From assembly GCA_963763775.1 (NCBI GenBank), contig CAVXPZ010000003.1, positions 704,001 to 768,000 of the forward strand: DNA of 64,000 bases. The letters are read 5' to 3'. The notes below the pieces were generated by a model. The model was not told the DNA's origin, did not search any database, and worked only from the letters and a program-made list of their open reading frames with translations. The position numbers and the translations under genes were made by a program. Positions within the stretch are counted from its first letter, which is position 1. Each line of letters begins with the position of its first letter. This stretch comes from an uncultured Chloroflexia bacterium (GTDB taxonomy: Bacteria > Chloroflexota > Limnocylindria > Limnocylindrales > CSP1-4). Below are positions 55,444 through 64,000 of the stretch, piece by piece.

Positions 55444-55521
55444 TGGCCCGCCCGGAGGGAATTCGAACCCCCGACCTACTGATCCGAAGTCAGTCGCTCT
55501 GATCCACTGAGCTACGGGCGG
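55444..55521 (-). tRNA. tRNA-Arg(TCG)
   Basis: ccgcccg-tagctcagtggatcagagcg-actga-cttcgga-tcagt-aggtc-ggggg-ttcgaat(t)-ccctc-cgggcgg-g-cca; one extra base in the T-arm, probably an error. Confidence 0.92.
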
Positions 55522-55561
55522 ACGCCCGCGGATGATACCGCGTTACGCGCCGCTCGAGCCG

Positions 55562-56017
55562 TCAGGCGTAGAGGCGCGTGTCGACCGCGGCGATCTCGGC
55601 GTCGAGCAACGTCCGGCGCTGGAGCTGGCTCATCTCGTACCACGAGAGCGTGGCGCGGTTGATCTCGCTCGGGCTGACGTTGCACTGGCGGGCGATCAGG
55701 CTCGCCCGGACGGCGGCGCTGACCAGGACCGCGGCGACCCGGGCGGTGATCCCGAACGCATCGACACCATCCTGGCAGGCCGTCTTCTCGACGTCGCGCG
55801 CCCGGGCGAGGGTGTCGTCCATGAACTCGGCGCCATGATCGGACGGCAGCAGCGCGACACCCGATGCGAGCAGCTGGCGTGCGGCCTGGACGGGTGCGAT
55901 GGGGGCGCCGGACGCGTCCCGGAGCGGGATCTCACGGCCGTCGAAGCCGCGCATCGGGACACCGAGGCGCAGTCGGTCGGCGAGGAGGTGGAGATCGTCG
56001 TGGGCGTCGTGGGGCAC
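55562..56017 (-). CDS. Hypothetical protein
   Basis: RBS aagga before the GTG; host-like codon usage. Confidence 0.6.
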   Translation of the reverse strand: MPHDAHDDLHLLADRLRLGVPMRGFDGREIPLRDASGAPIAPVQAARQLLASGVALLPSDHGAEFMDDTLARARDVEKTACQDGVDAFGITARVAAVLVSAAVRASLIARQCNVSPSEINRATLSWYEMSQLQRRTLLDAEIAAVDTRLYA

Positions 56018-56185
56018 GGGGCGGCGTTCCTTCGGGTGGTTCGGCACCCGCGACGGGCCCGATCTCCTGACAGTAGCGACCGTCGGTAGCGGCGCCGCAT
56101 CCGGAACGATGAAGAGTTCGCTACCGTCCGCCGCGACCCAACCGAAACCTTGTCCGACCACGACCCCGTCTGGCAGACTGCCTCG

Positions 56186-56251
56186 GTGATCGCCCATCGG
56201 TGCGCCAGGGACATGTGTACGAGCACGCCGCCTCGTCTCGTTCCTCGCTGA
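56186..56251 (+). CDS. Putative leaderless Cys-containing leader peptide
   Basis: CAGACT 6 nt before the GTG; MIAHRCARDMCTSTPPRLVPR*; hairpin 56261-56278 before the sulfurtransferase RBS. Confidence 0.4.
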   Translation: MIAHRCARDMCTSTPPRLVPR

Positions 56252-56296
56252 GCGCCTGATGCTGGGCCGAGCCCCAGCCCCACGAAGGGATCACCC

Positions 56297-57655
56297 ATGA
56301 CCACGACCAACGATCCGTCGAGTCCATCGCCGGAGACGATCTCCGCGTCGGACCTCCATGCCCGCCTCGCGGACTCGAACCTCACGATCATCGACGCCCG
56401 CACGAGTGCGGCGTACAACGGCTGGCGCCTCCAGGGCGAGACGCGTGGCGGCCACCTCCCGGGCGCGGTCTCGTTCCCGGTGGCCTGGCTCCAGAGCGTC
56501 GACGCGCCCGAAGTGGCGCGGCAGTTCGCCGACAAGGGCGTGACCACCGACCGCGAGATCGTCGTGTATGGCGACGGACTCGCCGACGCCGACGCGGTCC
56601 GCGTCCGGCTGACCGAGCTCGGCCATCGTGGCGTGCTGGTCCTCGAGCCGGGGTTCTCGGCCTGGGCCGCCGACCCGGCCCTGCCGCTCGACCGGCTTCC
56701 GCGCTACGAGCGGCTCGTCCACATCGACTGGCTGCGGGACCTGCTCGACGGCGGGAGCCCCGAGGCATTCGACGGCGGCGAGTTCCGGCTGCTCCACGTG
56801 AACTTCGGGGTCCCGGAGGAGTACGCAGACGGGCACCTGCCGGGCGCCCTGTACCTCGACACCAATCGACTGGAAGACCCGCTCGACTGGAACCGCCGCT
56901 CGCCCGAGGAGATCGGCGCGACCCTGCGCTCGCTCGGCATCGCGCACGACACGACGGTGATCGTGTACGGCCGCGACACGGTCGGCGAGGCCAACGAGAA
57001 GTGGCCGGGCCGCCGGGCCGGGCAGATCGCCGCGACCCGCGCCGCCCTGATCCTCCGCTACGCCGGCGTCAAGGACGTCCGGCTCCTCGACGGCGGCTAC
57101 GACTGGTGGGTGACCGCCGGGCTCCCGCTCGAGACGGTCGCCCGCGAGCCATCGCCGATCGCCGACTTCGGCGTCTCGATCCCGCAGCGCCCGGACTTCC
57201 TGGTGGACCTGCCCGAGGCCAAGGCGATCATCGCCGACCCCGATGGCGCGGCCCTGGTCAGCGTCCGGACCTGGCGCGAGCACATCGGCGCGGTCAGCGG
57301 CTACAACTACATCGGCCCGGCCGGCCGGATCAAGGGCGACGTCTGGGGCAACTGCGGCTCCGACGCGTACCACATGCAGCACTACCGCAACGTGGACAAC
57401 ACGATGCGCGCGTACCCGGAGATCGTCGCGAACTGGGCCGAGGCCGGCATCACCGCCGACAAATGGGTCGCGTTCTACTGCGGCACCGGTTGGCGCGCGG
57501 CCGAGACCTGGTTCTACGCGGACCTCCTCGACTGGACTCGGATCGCCGTGTACGACGGCGGCTGGTTCGAGTGGAGCGCCGACCCGGTCAACAACCCGAT
57601 CGAGATCGGGGAGCCGACCGACACGGCGATCCAGCCCAAGGAGTACGCCGCCTAG
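56297..57655 (+). CDS. Three-domain rhodanese sulfurtransferase (YnjE-like)
   Basis: GHLPGA repeats, active site CGTGWR, YDGGWFEWS. Confidence 0.9.
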   Translation: MTTTNDPSSPSPETISASDLHARLADSNLTIIDARTSAAYNGWRLQGETRGGHLPGAVSFPVAWLQSVDAPEVARQFADKGVTTDREIVVYGDGLADADAVRVRLTELGHRGVLVLEPGFSAWAADPALPLDRLPRYERLVHIDWLRDLLDGGSPEAFDGGEFRLLHVNFGVPEEYADGHLPGALYLDTNRLEDPLDWNRRSPEEIGATLRSLGIAHDTTVIVYGRDTVGEANEKWPGRRAGQIAATRAALILRYAGVKDVRLLDGGYDWWVTAGLPLETVAREPSPIADFGVSIPQRPDFLVDLPEAKAIIADPDGAALVSVRTWREHIGAVSGYNYIGPAGRIKGDVWGNCGSDAYHMQHYRNVDNTMRAYPEIVANWAEAGITADKWVAFYCGTGWRAAETWFYADLLDWTRIAVYDGGWFEWSADPVNNPIEIGEPTDTAIQPKEYAA

Positions 57656-57658
57656 GGT

Positions 57659-59008
57659 TCAGCGCGTGAACTCCGGGAGCCGCTGGCGGTCCAGCCACTC
57701 CCCGGGCTCCTGCCGCGGGCGGATGAGCGCCGCCTCGCCGCCCCGCACGGCTACCTCGGCCGGGATGGGGTGCGACAGGAACAGCGGCATCGACTCGGTG
57801 AAGCCGTAGGCGCCGACATCGAGGACCGCCACGAGGTCGCCCACGTCCGGTGCGGCCATCACGGCGCCCTGGGCGAACACGTCCAGCCCCGAGCACAGCG
57901 GTCCCGCGACCGTGATCGGTACGAGCCGGCTGCCGGTCGCCGTGCCACGTCCCGACACGGCGCGCACCCGATGCTCCTGCCCGACCAGCGCCGGACGGAG
58001 CAGGTGATGGACGCCACCGTCGAGGATGACCGACGGTCGAGCCGTCGACCGACTTGCGGTCGACCACGCGGGCCAGGTAGGCGCCGGCCGGCCCGACGAG
58101 GAAGCGCCCCGGCTCGAGGAGGAGCCGCGCGCCGTCCAGCAGCGGGTCGCCGGGCCACGCGGCGGCGATCTCGGCGATGCCCCGGCCGAGGCGGGCGAGG
58201 TCGAGCGAGTCCTCGTGCGGTTCGTAGGGGATCCCGAGCCCGCCACCCGCATCGATGAGCCGGACCGTCGTACCGGACCGCCGCGCGAGCTCGCGAGCCG
58301 CCCGGACGGTCGAGGCGACGTGCGCCACCAGGGACGCGGCGTCGAGCACGTTCGAGGCGCCGAACGCGTGCAGACCGAGCAGCTCGAGATGCGGTGACGC
58401 GGCGGCGCATCGGGCGCTCGCCACGAGATCCGCCGCGTCCATCCCGAACTTGCCCGCGCCATCGTCACCGACGAGTCGGACCCGTTCCAGGCGGGCGTCC
58501 TCCGAGACCGCGGCGCGGAGCATGACGGGCACAGGGCCACGGTCCGCGTGCGCGGCGATCGCCTCGAGCCGCGCGAGCTCGCCAGGCGATTCCACCGTGA
58601 TGGCGCGGATCCCAGTGACCACCGCGGCCTCGAGTTCGTCGTCTCGCTTGCCCGGGCCGGTCATGACGATGCGCGAGGGCTCGATGCCCGCGCGGAGGGC
58701 CGTGGCGAGCTCGCCGCCCGAGGCGACATCGGCACCGAGCCCGAGACGCCGCCGAGATGCGCGACGACCGCGAGCGCCGGGTTCGCCTTGACGGCGTAGG
58801 CGATGTCGACGACCGGAGGCAGTGCCGCACGGAGCGCCGCCACCTGTCGCTCGATCACGTCGAGGTCGTAGACGTAGCAGGGCGTGCCGAACCGCTCGGC
58901 GATGGCCTCGGCCTCGAGACCGCCGAGCCGGCCCGCCCGGAGGATCTCGTTGCGGGCGGGCGGCCGGCCGCGGCGGGGTGCCTCGGCACGCTCGATCGTG
59001 AGGCTCAT
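57659..59008 (-). CDS. lysA: Diaminopimelate decarboxylase (indels near 58750 and 58030)
   Basis: FGTPCYVYD, YAVKAN, GKFG, GGGLG, EPGRFLV, GPLCSGLD, GAYG. Confidence 0.85.
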
Positions 59009-59817
59009 CGGAGTGCGCCCTCCAGGGCCACCCGCGCGGACGTGCCGGCGTCGCGGTCCTTGACGAGCAGCGCGGTCGCGATCGACAACCCGTGGCTCGC
59101 GGCGAACGACCCCGGCACGGAACGAGCGCCCGGCACGATCACCGCGCCGGCCGGGATCACCAGCGGGCGCTCGGTCGAGCCCTCGAGCACGCGCTCGCGG
59201 ACGAGGTCGTACACGCGGCTTGCGCCCGTCAGGGTCACGCCCGCCCCGATGACCGCGCCGCGGCCCACGAGCACGCCCTCGAGCAGCGCACTGCCCGCGC
59301 CGACGAACGCATCGTCCTCGACGATCACCGGCCGGGCGCCCGGCGGCTCGAGCACGCCGCCGATCGTGACGCCCGCGGCGAGATGGACGCGCGCCCCGAT
59401 CTGCGCGCAGGAGCCGACCAGCACGTGCGAGTCGACCATCGTCTCGGCGCCGACGAACGCGCCGATGTTCAGGTAGGACGGCGGCATGACGACGACGCCG
59501 TCGCCGAGGTGGGCGCCGCGGCGGACGGCGGTACCGCCCGGTACGATCCGCCACGGACCGTCCTCGAGATCGGCGCGCGGCGGGACGCCCGCCCGGTCGC
59601 GAAATGTCAGCGGCCCCGCGACCCACGAGCGCGTGGTCCGGTCCGCGAAGCACGCGAGGATCGCCGTCTTCACGTCGGGCCGAACGCGCCAGCCGTCGGG
59701 TGCGTCGTCATCGGGCTCGGCCGCGCGGACCCGGCCCGCCTCGAGGTCGTCGAGGATCGTGGCCGGGTCGATGGCGATCGCTGGGGGTCGCGTCGCGAGG
59801 CTCGTCTCGCCGGTCAT
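59005..59817 (-). CDS. dapD: Tetrahydrodipicolinate N-succinyltransferase
   Basis: RIVPGGTAVRRGA, NIGAFVG, VGSCAQIG, IGGVLEP. Confidence 0.9.
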   Translation of the reverse strand: MTGETSLATRPPAIAIDPATILDDLEAGRVRAAEPDDDAPDGWRVRPDVKTAILACFADRTTRSWVAGPLTFRDRAGVPPRADLEDGPWRIVPGGTAVRRGAHLGDGVVVMPPSYLNIGAFVGAETMVDSHVLVGSCAQIGARVHLAAGVTIGGVLEPPGARPVIVEDDAFVGAGSALLEGVLVGRGAVIGAGVTLTGASRVYDLVRERVLEGSTERPLVIPAGAVIVPGARSVPGSFAASHGLSIATALLVKDRDAGTSARVALEGALR

Positions 59818-60816
59818 GCCACGGCCTCGCGGGTCACGGTCGGGGCGGCCATCCGCCCGCCGCCCGCTTCGATGAGCCCGAGCGACCGGAGCGTGGTCGC
59901 CATCGCGGCGCGAGCATCCGGGTCGAGCGGCAGGAGCGGCGCCCGGACGGCATCGCCGTCGAGGAGGCCCATCAGCGCCAGCGCGGCCTTCGCCGGGACC
60001 GGGTTCGGGCCGCCGCGGAAGTTGCCCTGGAACAAGGGCAGCCATCGCTCGTGGATCCGGCGGGCGCCGTCCCAGTCGCCGGCCCGGGCCGCCGCGCAGA
60101 GCGCCACGAGCTCGCCCGGGACCTGGTTCGAGGCCACCGAGACCACGCCGTCGCCGCCCATCGCGAGGATCGGCAGGGTCCAGGCATCGTCCCCGGCGAG
60201 GACGGCTACGTCTCGCGGCCGGTCGCGACAGATGCGGGCGATCTGGTCGAGGTTCCCGCTGGCCTCCTTCACCGCGACGACGCGCGGGTGCTCGGCGAGC
60301 CGAAGGAACGTGTCGGTGTCGACGTTCGTCCCGGTCCGGCTCGGCACGTTGTAGACGACGATCGGCAGGTCGCCGTCATCGGCGACGGCACGGTAGTGGG
60401 CCTTCGAGCATCCGGCCGTCCGGCCGGTTGTAGTACGGGGCGACGACGAGCGCGGCATCGGCCCCGAGCTCCGCGGCCCGCCGGGTGGCCCGGATCGTGG
60501 CGGCCGTGTCGTTGGTGCCGGTCCCGGCGATGACGCGGACGCGAGCGCGGGACGCCCGCTCCGCGGCGACCTCCACGGTCGCGGCGATGAGGCGCTCGCG
60601 CTCGGCCTCGGTCAGGGTGGGGGACTCGCCGGTCGTCCCGCATGGGACGAGGCCGTCGATCCCGGCCAGGATCTGCCAGCGGACGAGCCGGCGGAAGGCG
60701 GTCTCGTCGAGGGTGCCGTCGGCGGTGAACGGCGTGACGAGCGCGGTGAACGCGCCGCGCAGACGCATGGTCGCGGGTCGGGTGGTGGAGCGGGGCTGTC
60801 GGTCGGGGCGAGGCAT
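59814..60816 (-). CDS. dapA: 4-hydroxy-tetrahydrodipicolinate synthase (indel near 60400)
   Basis: GTTGESPTL, PYYNRP, YNVPSRTG, KEASG, NPVPAK. Confidence 0.92.
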
Positions 60817-60828
60817 CGGGGTCTCCTT

Positions 60829-61566
60829 TCAGGCCGCGTCGGCGGCCACGGTGTCGCGAGCGAGGAGCTCGTCGACGATGGGATCGAACGGGTGGAGGCC
60901 GGCCGGCCGCTCCGTCCGGGACAGCCAGTCGGCGGCGGCCAGCACGCCGGTGGCGTACGCCGAGCGGTCGCGGGCGGTCAGTCGGAGCTCGAGGGTCTCG
61001 CCGGGCGCATCGAACCCGAGCAGGTGCATGCCGGGCGAGGAGCCCGCCCGGATCGCGACGACCTCCAGGTCGTCCGCGCGACCGAGGCGCGGATGGCCGG
61101 CGACGATCCTGCTCGTCAGATCGCGGGCCGTGCCCGACGGCCGGTCGAGCTTCGATCGTCGATGCCACTCGACGAGGTACGGCTCGAAGCCTTCGACCCG
61201 GCCGTACAGCTCGACGGCCCGGTCGACGAGCCGCCCGAAGAGCGCGACGCCGAGGCTGAAGTTGGACGCGGCGACGGCGGCGGCATGCCCGCCCGTCAGG
61301 AGTCCGCTGACGAGGTCGCGATCGGCCGTCCAGCCGGTCGTCGCGATGACGAGCCGGTGGCAACCCGCCTCGACCGCCGCCGCGACGTTCGTCGCGACGG
61401 CGTCGGGCCGCGAGGCCTCGACCGTGACATCGGCACCGGCAAGGTCGGCGGGATCGTGTCGTCCGCCGGTCGGCCGGCCGAAGACTCGGACGTCGTCACC
61501 GCGGGCGGTCGCGGTGTCGGCCACGGCGCGACCGAGCGCCCCGTCGCCAAGGATGGTGATCTGCAT
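60829..61566 (-). CDS. dapB: 4-hydroxy-tetrahydrodipicolinate reductase
   Basis: ATTGW, ASNFSLGV, EWHRRSKLDRPSGTA. Confidence 0.88.
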   Translation of the reverse strand: MQITILGDGALGRAVADTATARGDDVRVFGRPTGGRHDPADLAGADVTVEASRPDAVATNVAAAVEAGCHRLVIATTGWTADRDLVSGLLTGGHAAAVAASNFSLGVALFGRLVDRAVELYGRVEGFEPYLVEWHRRSKLDRPSGTARDLTSRIVAGHPRLGRADDLEVVAIRAGSSPGMHLLGFDAPGETLELRLTARDRSAYATGVLAAADWLSRTERPAGLHPFDPIVDELLARDTVAADAA

Positions 61567-61626
61567 CGTCGTGGACCCTCACTTCGTCGTTTGCTGGTGA
61601 GGGGCCGCCGGGATGGAGGGGCCAGG

Positions 61627-61663
61627 AATCACGAAGCCGCGGTCACCGTCGTGGTGCCGCGGC
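61627..61663 (-). terminator. Attenuator terminator hairpin upstream of dapB
   Basis: Minus strand gccgcgg-cacc-acgac-ggtg-a-ccgcggc followed by ttcgtgatt. Confidence 0.6.
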
Positions 61664-61712
61664 CCCTGGAGCCTCCGTTCCCTGGAGGCCCCGGTTCGTC
61701 GTTGACGCGCCG

Positions 61713-61793
61713 TTAGAGCCCCAGGGCCCGTGCCTCCCGGCAGGGCCGCCAGAGCTTCTTCTTCGAGTCACTCGAGAAGGTTCGGCGGTTCAT
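61713..61793 (-). CDS. Lysine leader peptide MNRRTFSSDSKKKLWRPCREARALGL
   Basis: Three tandem AAG codons (61755-61763); lies between the promoter and the terminator of the dap/lys operon. Confidence 0.8.
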   Translation of the reverse strand: MNRRTFSSDSKKKLWRPCREARALGL

Positions 61794-61800
61794 CTGCGGA

Positions 61801-61829
61801 ACTATACGCATAGAACGACTCTCATGCAA
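61801..61829 (-). promoter_or_regulatory. Sigma70 promoter giving a leaderless leader-peptide mRNA
   Basis: TTGCAT-17 nt-TATAGT-7 nt-ATG. Confidence 0.75.
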
Positions 61830-61912
61830 CCATTTCCAGGGCCCGGGCTCGTCGGTCCCCGGTCAAGGCCTCACGCTTGCGAGGAACGGCCCGGGGGTGG
61901 TACACATCGCCG

Positions 61913-62908
61913 GTGCCCCTGAACCGTCGCTCACGCGGTCCCGGCCCCCTCGATTCGCTCCCGCGACCCCTGTCGGACCGACACCGCCGAGGGCGCGGTC
62001 GGGGTCGTCTGCTCGCCCTTGCCACGATCGTCCTGATCGTCGGCGCCCTGATGATCGGGGCGAACCCGCTTGCCGGCCGGTCCGCCCCCGCGGTCGGCGA
62101 GGTCGCGGGGATCACCGCGACACCCGAGCCGACGATGATCGCCTTCGGGGTCGATCCGGAGTTTCCCGTGGCGGCCGCCCTCGCGACGCCAACGCCGGTC
62201 CCGGCGGCTCCCGTGGTCGAGCCGGCCGCGATCCCGACACCAGCCGTACGCGCCACGCCGACGCCCTCGGCCGCGCCGACACCGGATGCCAGCGCCCTCG
62301 CGGCCCAGGACATCCCGCACGGGCCTGATCCGGCGGACCTCACCGGCTATCACTGGCCGCTCGCGCATGCCCGGCTGACCTTGCCATTCGGCCCGACGCC
62401 GTGGGGCGGCTGGGTGGCGGGCGGCAAGCTGATGCATGACGGCATCGACCTGGCGACCTTCTGCAACGACCGGATCATCGCGGCCCATGACGGGGTCGTC
62501 CTCGCGGCAGGCCGGCATTTCGACGACCAGATCGGCTGGGTCGGCAGTCTCAACGCGTACTACTCCCGCCTCGACAAGAAGCACCTGTGGAACACCCTGC
62601 CGATCGTGATCATCACGGACGATGGCAACGGCTACCGGAGCATCTACGCCCACATGTGGAAGATCGACGTCAAGAAGGGCGACATGGTCAAGGCCGGCCA
62701 GCTGCTCGGCTACGAGGGGATGACCGGCCGCGCGTCCGGCTGCCACCTGCATTACGGACTCTTCAGCCCCGTCGAGACCACGACGTTCCTGACCGAGAAG
62801 GGCGTGGCCAAGCGGATGAAGCTGCCGAAGGCGGAGATCGCGCGGATCGATCCCCTGCTCGTGCTGCCGCCGCGTGCGAAGGACCCGAAGCCGGTCACGA
62901 CGCCCTGA
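61913..62908 (+). CDS. M23 family peptidase
   Basis: N-terminal TM, HDGID, IYAHM, GCHLHY. Confidence 0.85.
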   Translation: MPLNRRSRGPGPLDSLPRPLSDRHRRGRGRGRLLALATIVLIVGALMIGANPLAGRSAPAVGEVAGITATPEPTMIAFGVDPEFPVAAALATPTPVPAAPVVEPAAIPTPAVRATPTPSAAPTPDASALAAQDIPHGPDPADLTGYHWPLAHARLTLPFGPTPWGGWVAGGKLMHDGIDLATFCNDRIIAAHDGVVLAAGRHFDDQIGWVGSLNAYYSRLDKKHLWNTLPIVIITDDGNGYRSIYAHMWKIDVKKGDMVKAGQLLGYEGMTGRASGCHLHYGLFSPVETTTFLTEKGVAKRMKLPKAEIARIDPLLVLPPRAKDPKPVTTP

Positions 62909-62918
62909 GGCGTCCGGG

Positions 62919-64000
62919 CTAGGCCGTGATCCGCCGGTATCGCCGGCCGATGAGCCAGTAGGCCGGGATCGAGGCCAAGGCCGTCGCGAGCGACGCCGCC
63001 TCCCCGTCGCGCGTCTCGAGGGCGAGGAGTCCGTCAGTCGAGGAGGCGCTCGCCGGTCGGGCATCCACCTCCGCGAGGTCGATCGCGATCCGTCCGGGCT
63101 CCGCGGCGCCCAGCGAGGCGATGAGCCCGTCCGGCCGCGCATCCGCCTCGAACTCCGCGCGGATCTCCGCCTCGGCACGCCACGTCGGCTGGCGCAGCAG
63201 GATGGCTCGCCAGGCATCGGCGATCGCGGACGTCACGGTCCCGTCACCCGGACCGGGGGTCGACGCGATGGACTCGCCGCGGGCCCAGCGGGCGGCCTGG
63301 TGGAGGAGCGCATATTCGTCGAGGTCGGCGAAGACCGGCAGGTTCTCGGCAGGTGAGGCGTCGCCGACCAGCGCCCGGACGGACGGCCCGAAGACCGCCG
63401 CGAGGTCGAGGTCGATCGCACGCACCGTGCGGTGGAAGTACACCTGTTGGTACATGAACCGGCGGGCCGTCAGGAAGATCTCGAGCGCGCCCAGCCCCGG
63501 CTCATACAGGGTCAGTCCGCGGGACGAGATGAACGTGTACCGGCGCAGCCGCTCGACGTCGATCGGCCCGACCGAGACGCCCGTCAGATAGGCGTCGCGC
63601 CGGACATAGTCGAGGTTGTCCACGGTGAAGACACCGCTGAGCAGCGGCTGGAGCCAGCGCAGCCACTGCGGCATCGTCGCGTCGACGATGGCGGGCTTCG
63701 AGATGAGGTACGCCACCCAGCGAGGGTCGATCACCTCGTCCGTCGAGAGCGCGTCGCGCTCGGGCACGGAGCCCGGGGCGCGACGGAGGCCGCGGATCAG
63801 CGGCCCGAGCTCGTCTTCGATGATGCGGCCGGACAGGTCTTCGTGGGTGAGGCGCTTCGCCTTTCGGCCGGCGCGGGTCCGCGGGCGCCTCGAAGGCGGC
63901 GAGGACGTGGTCATCGAAGAAGTGGGCGAACGGCCCGTGCCCGACGTCGTGAAGCAGCCCGGCGACGCGCATCGTCTCGACGACGAGCCCCTCCGACGGG
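62919..64000 (-). CDS. HD-domain phosphohydrolase, dNTPase-like (5' partial; indel near 63870)
   Basis: GLLHDVGHGPFAH, DNLDYVRRDAY, MYQQVYFHRTVR. Confidence 0.85.
   Translation of the reverse strand, partial: RRRGSSSRRCASPGCFTTSGTGRSPTSSMTTSSPPSRRPRTRAGRKAKRLTHEDLSGRIIEDELGPLIRGLRRAPGSVPERDALSTDEVIDPRWVAYLISKPAIVDATMPQWLRWLQPLLSGVFTVDNLDYVRRDAYLTGVSVGPIDVERLRRYTFISSRGLTLYEPGLGALEIFLTARRFMYQQVYFHRTVRAIDLDLAAVFGPSVRALVGDASPAENLPVFADLDEYALLHQAARWARGESIASTPGPGDGTVTSAIADAWRAILLRQPTWRAEAEIRAEFEADARPDGLIASLGAAEPGRIAIDLAEVDARPASASSTDGLLALETRDGEAASLATALASIPAYWLIGRRYRRITA

Noticed and set aside
61567-61800. Lysine riboswitch or T-box
   Set aside because: No recognisable L-box or T-box consensus; a leader peptide explains the region.
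134-63972. Many long Arg/Pro/Gly-rich alternative-frame and antisense ORFs in the track
   Set aside because: Shadow ORFs expected at this GC content; they overlap well-supported genes.
3576-64000. About 20 frameshifted genes read as pseudogenes or programmed frameshifts
   Set aside because: Isolated indels hit housekeeping genes (pntA, dapA, lysA, even the tRNA) with no in-frame stops or slippery motifs seen; this is typical long-read error.

Overview
Very GC-rich bacterial chromosome segment. Gene content and style suggest Chloroflexota, possibly Limnocylindria; this is an inference. Scattered single-base indels split about 20 otherwise intact genes and are most likely long-read errors. About 65 CDS: orphan DNA methyltransferase, MalT/LuxR STAND regulator, AlaX, ion transporters, pntAB, TDO, a two-component-linked Fe-S flavoprotein operon, three class III cyclases, arsM/arsR, an ECF sigma module, a sulfurtransferase and dapB-dapA-dapD-lysA, plus tRNA-Arg(TCG). 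Main signals: (1) at least four degenerate copies of the tRNA-Arg 3' end, each fused to a codon-conserved peptide tail (ARPEGSxRAxQTLRVEGVEEL..LRAA*), separating short cargo blocks with no intact integrase in the window. This looks like a tRNA-anchored, integron-like accretion array. (2) A leaderless Lys-Lys-Lys leader-peptide attenuator ahead of the dap/lys operon. (3) A GltD-like ferredoxin-flavoprotein coupled to two paralogous unknown membrane proteins. (4) Small unannotated peptides next to the LuxR-STAND gene and the sulfurtransferase.
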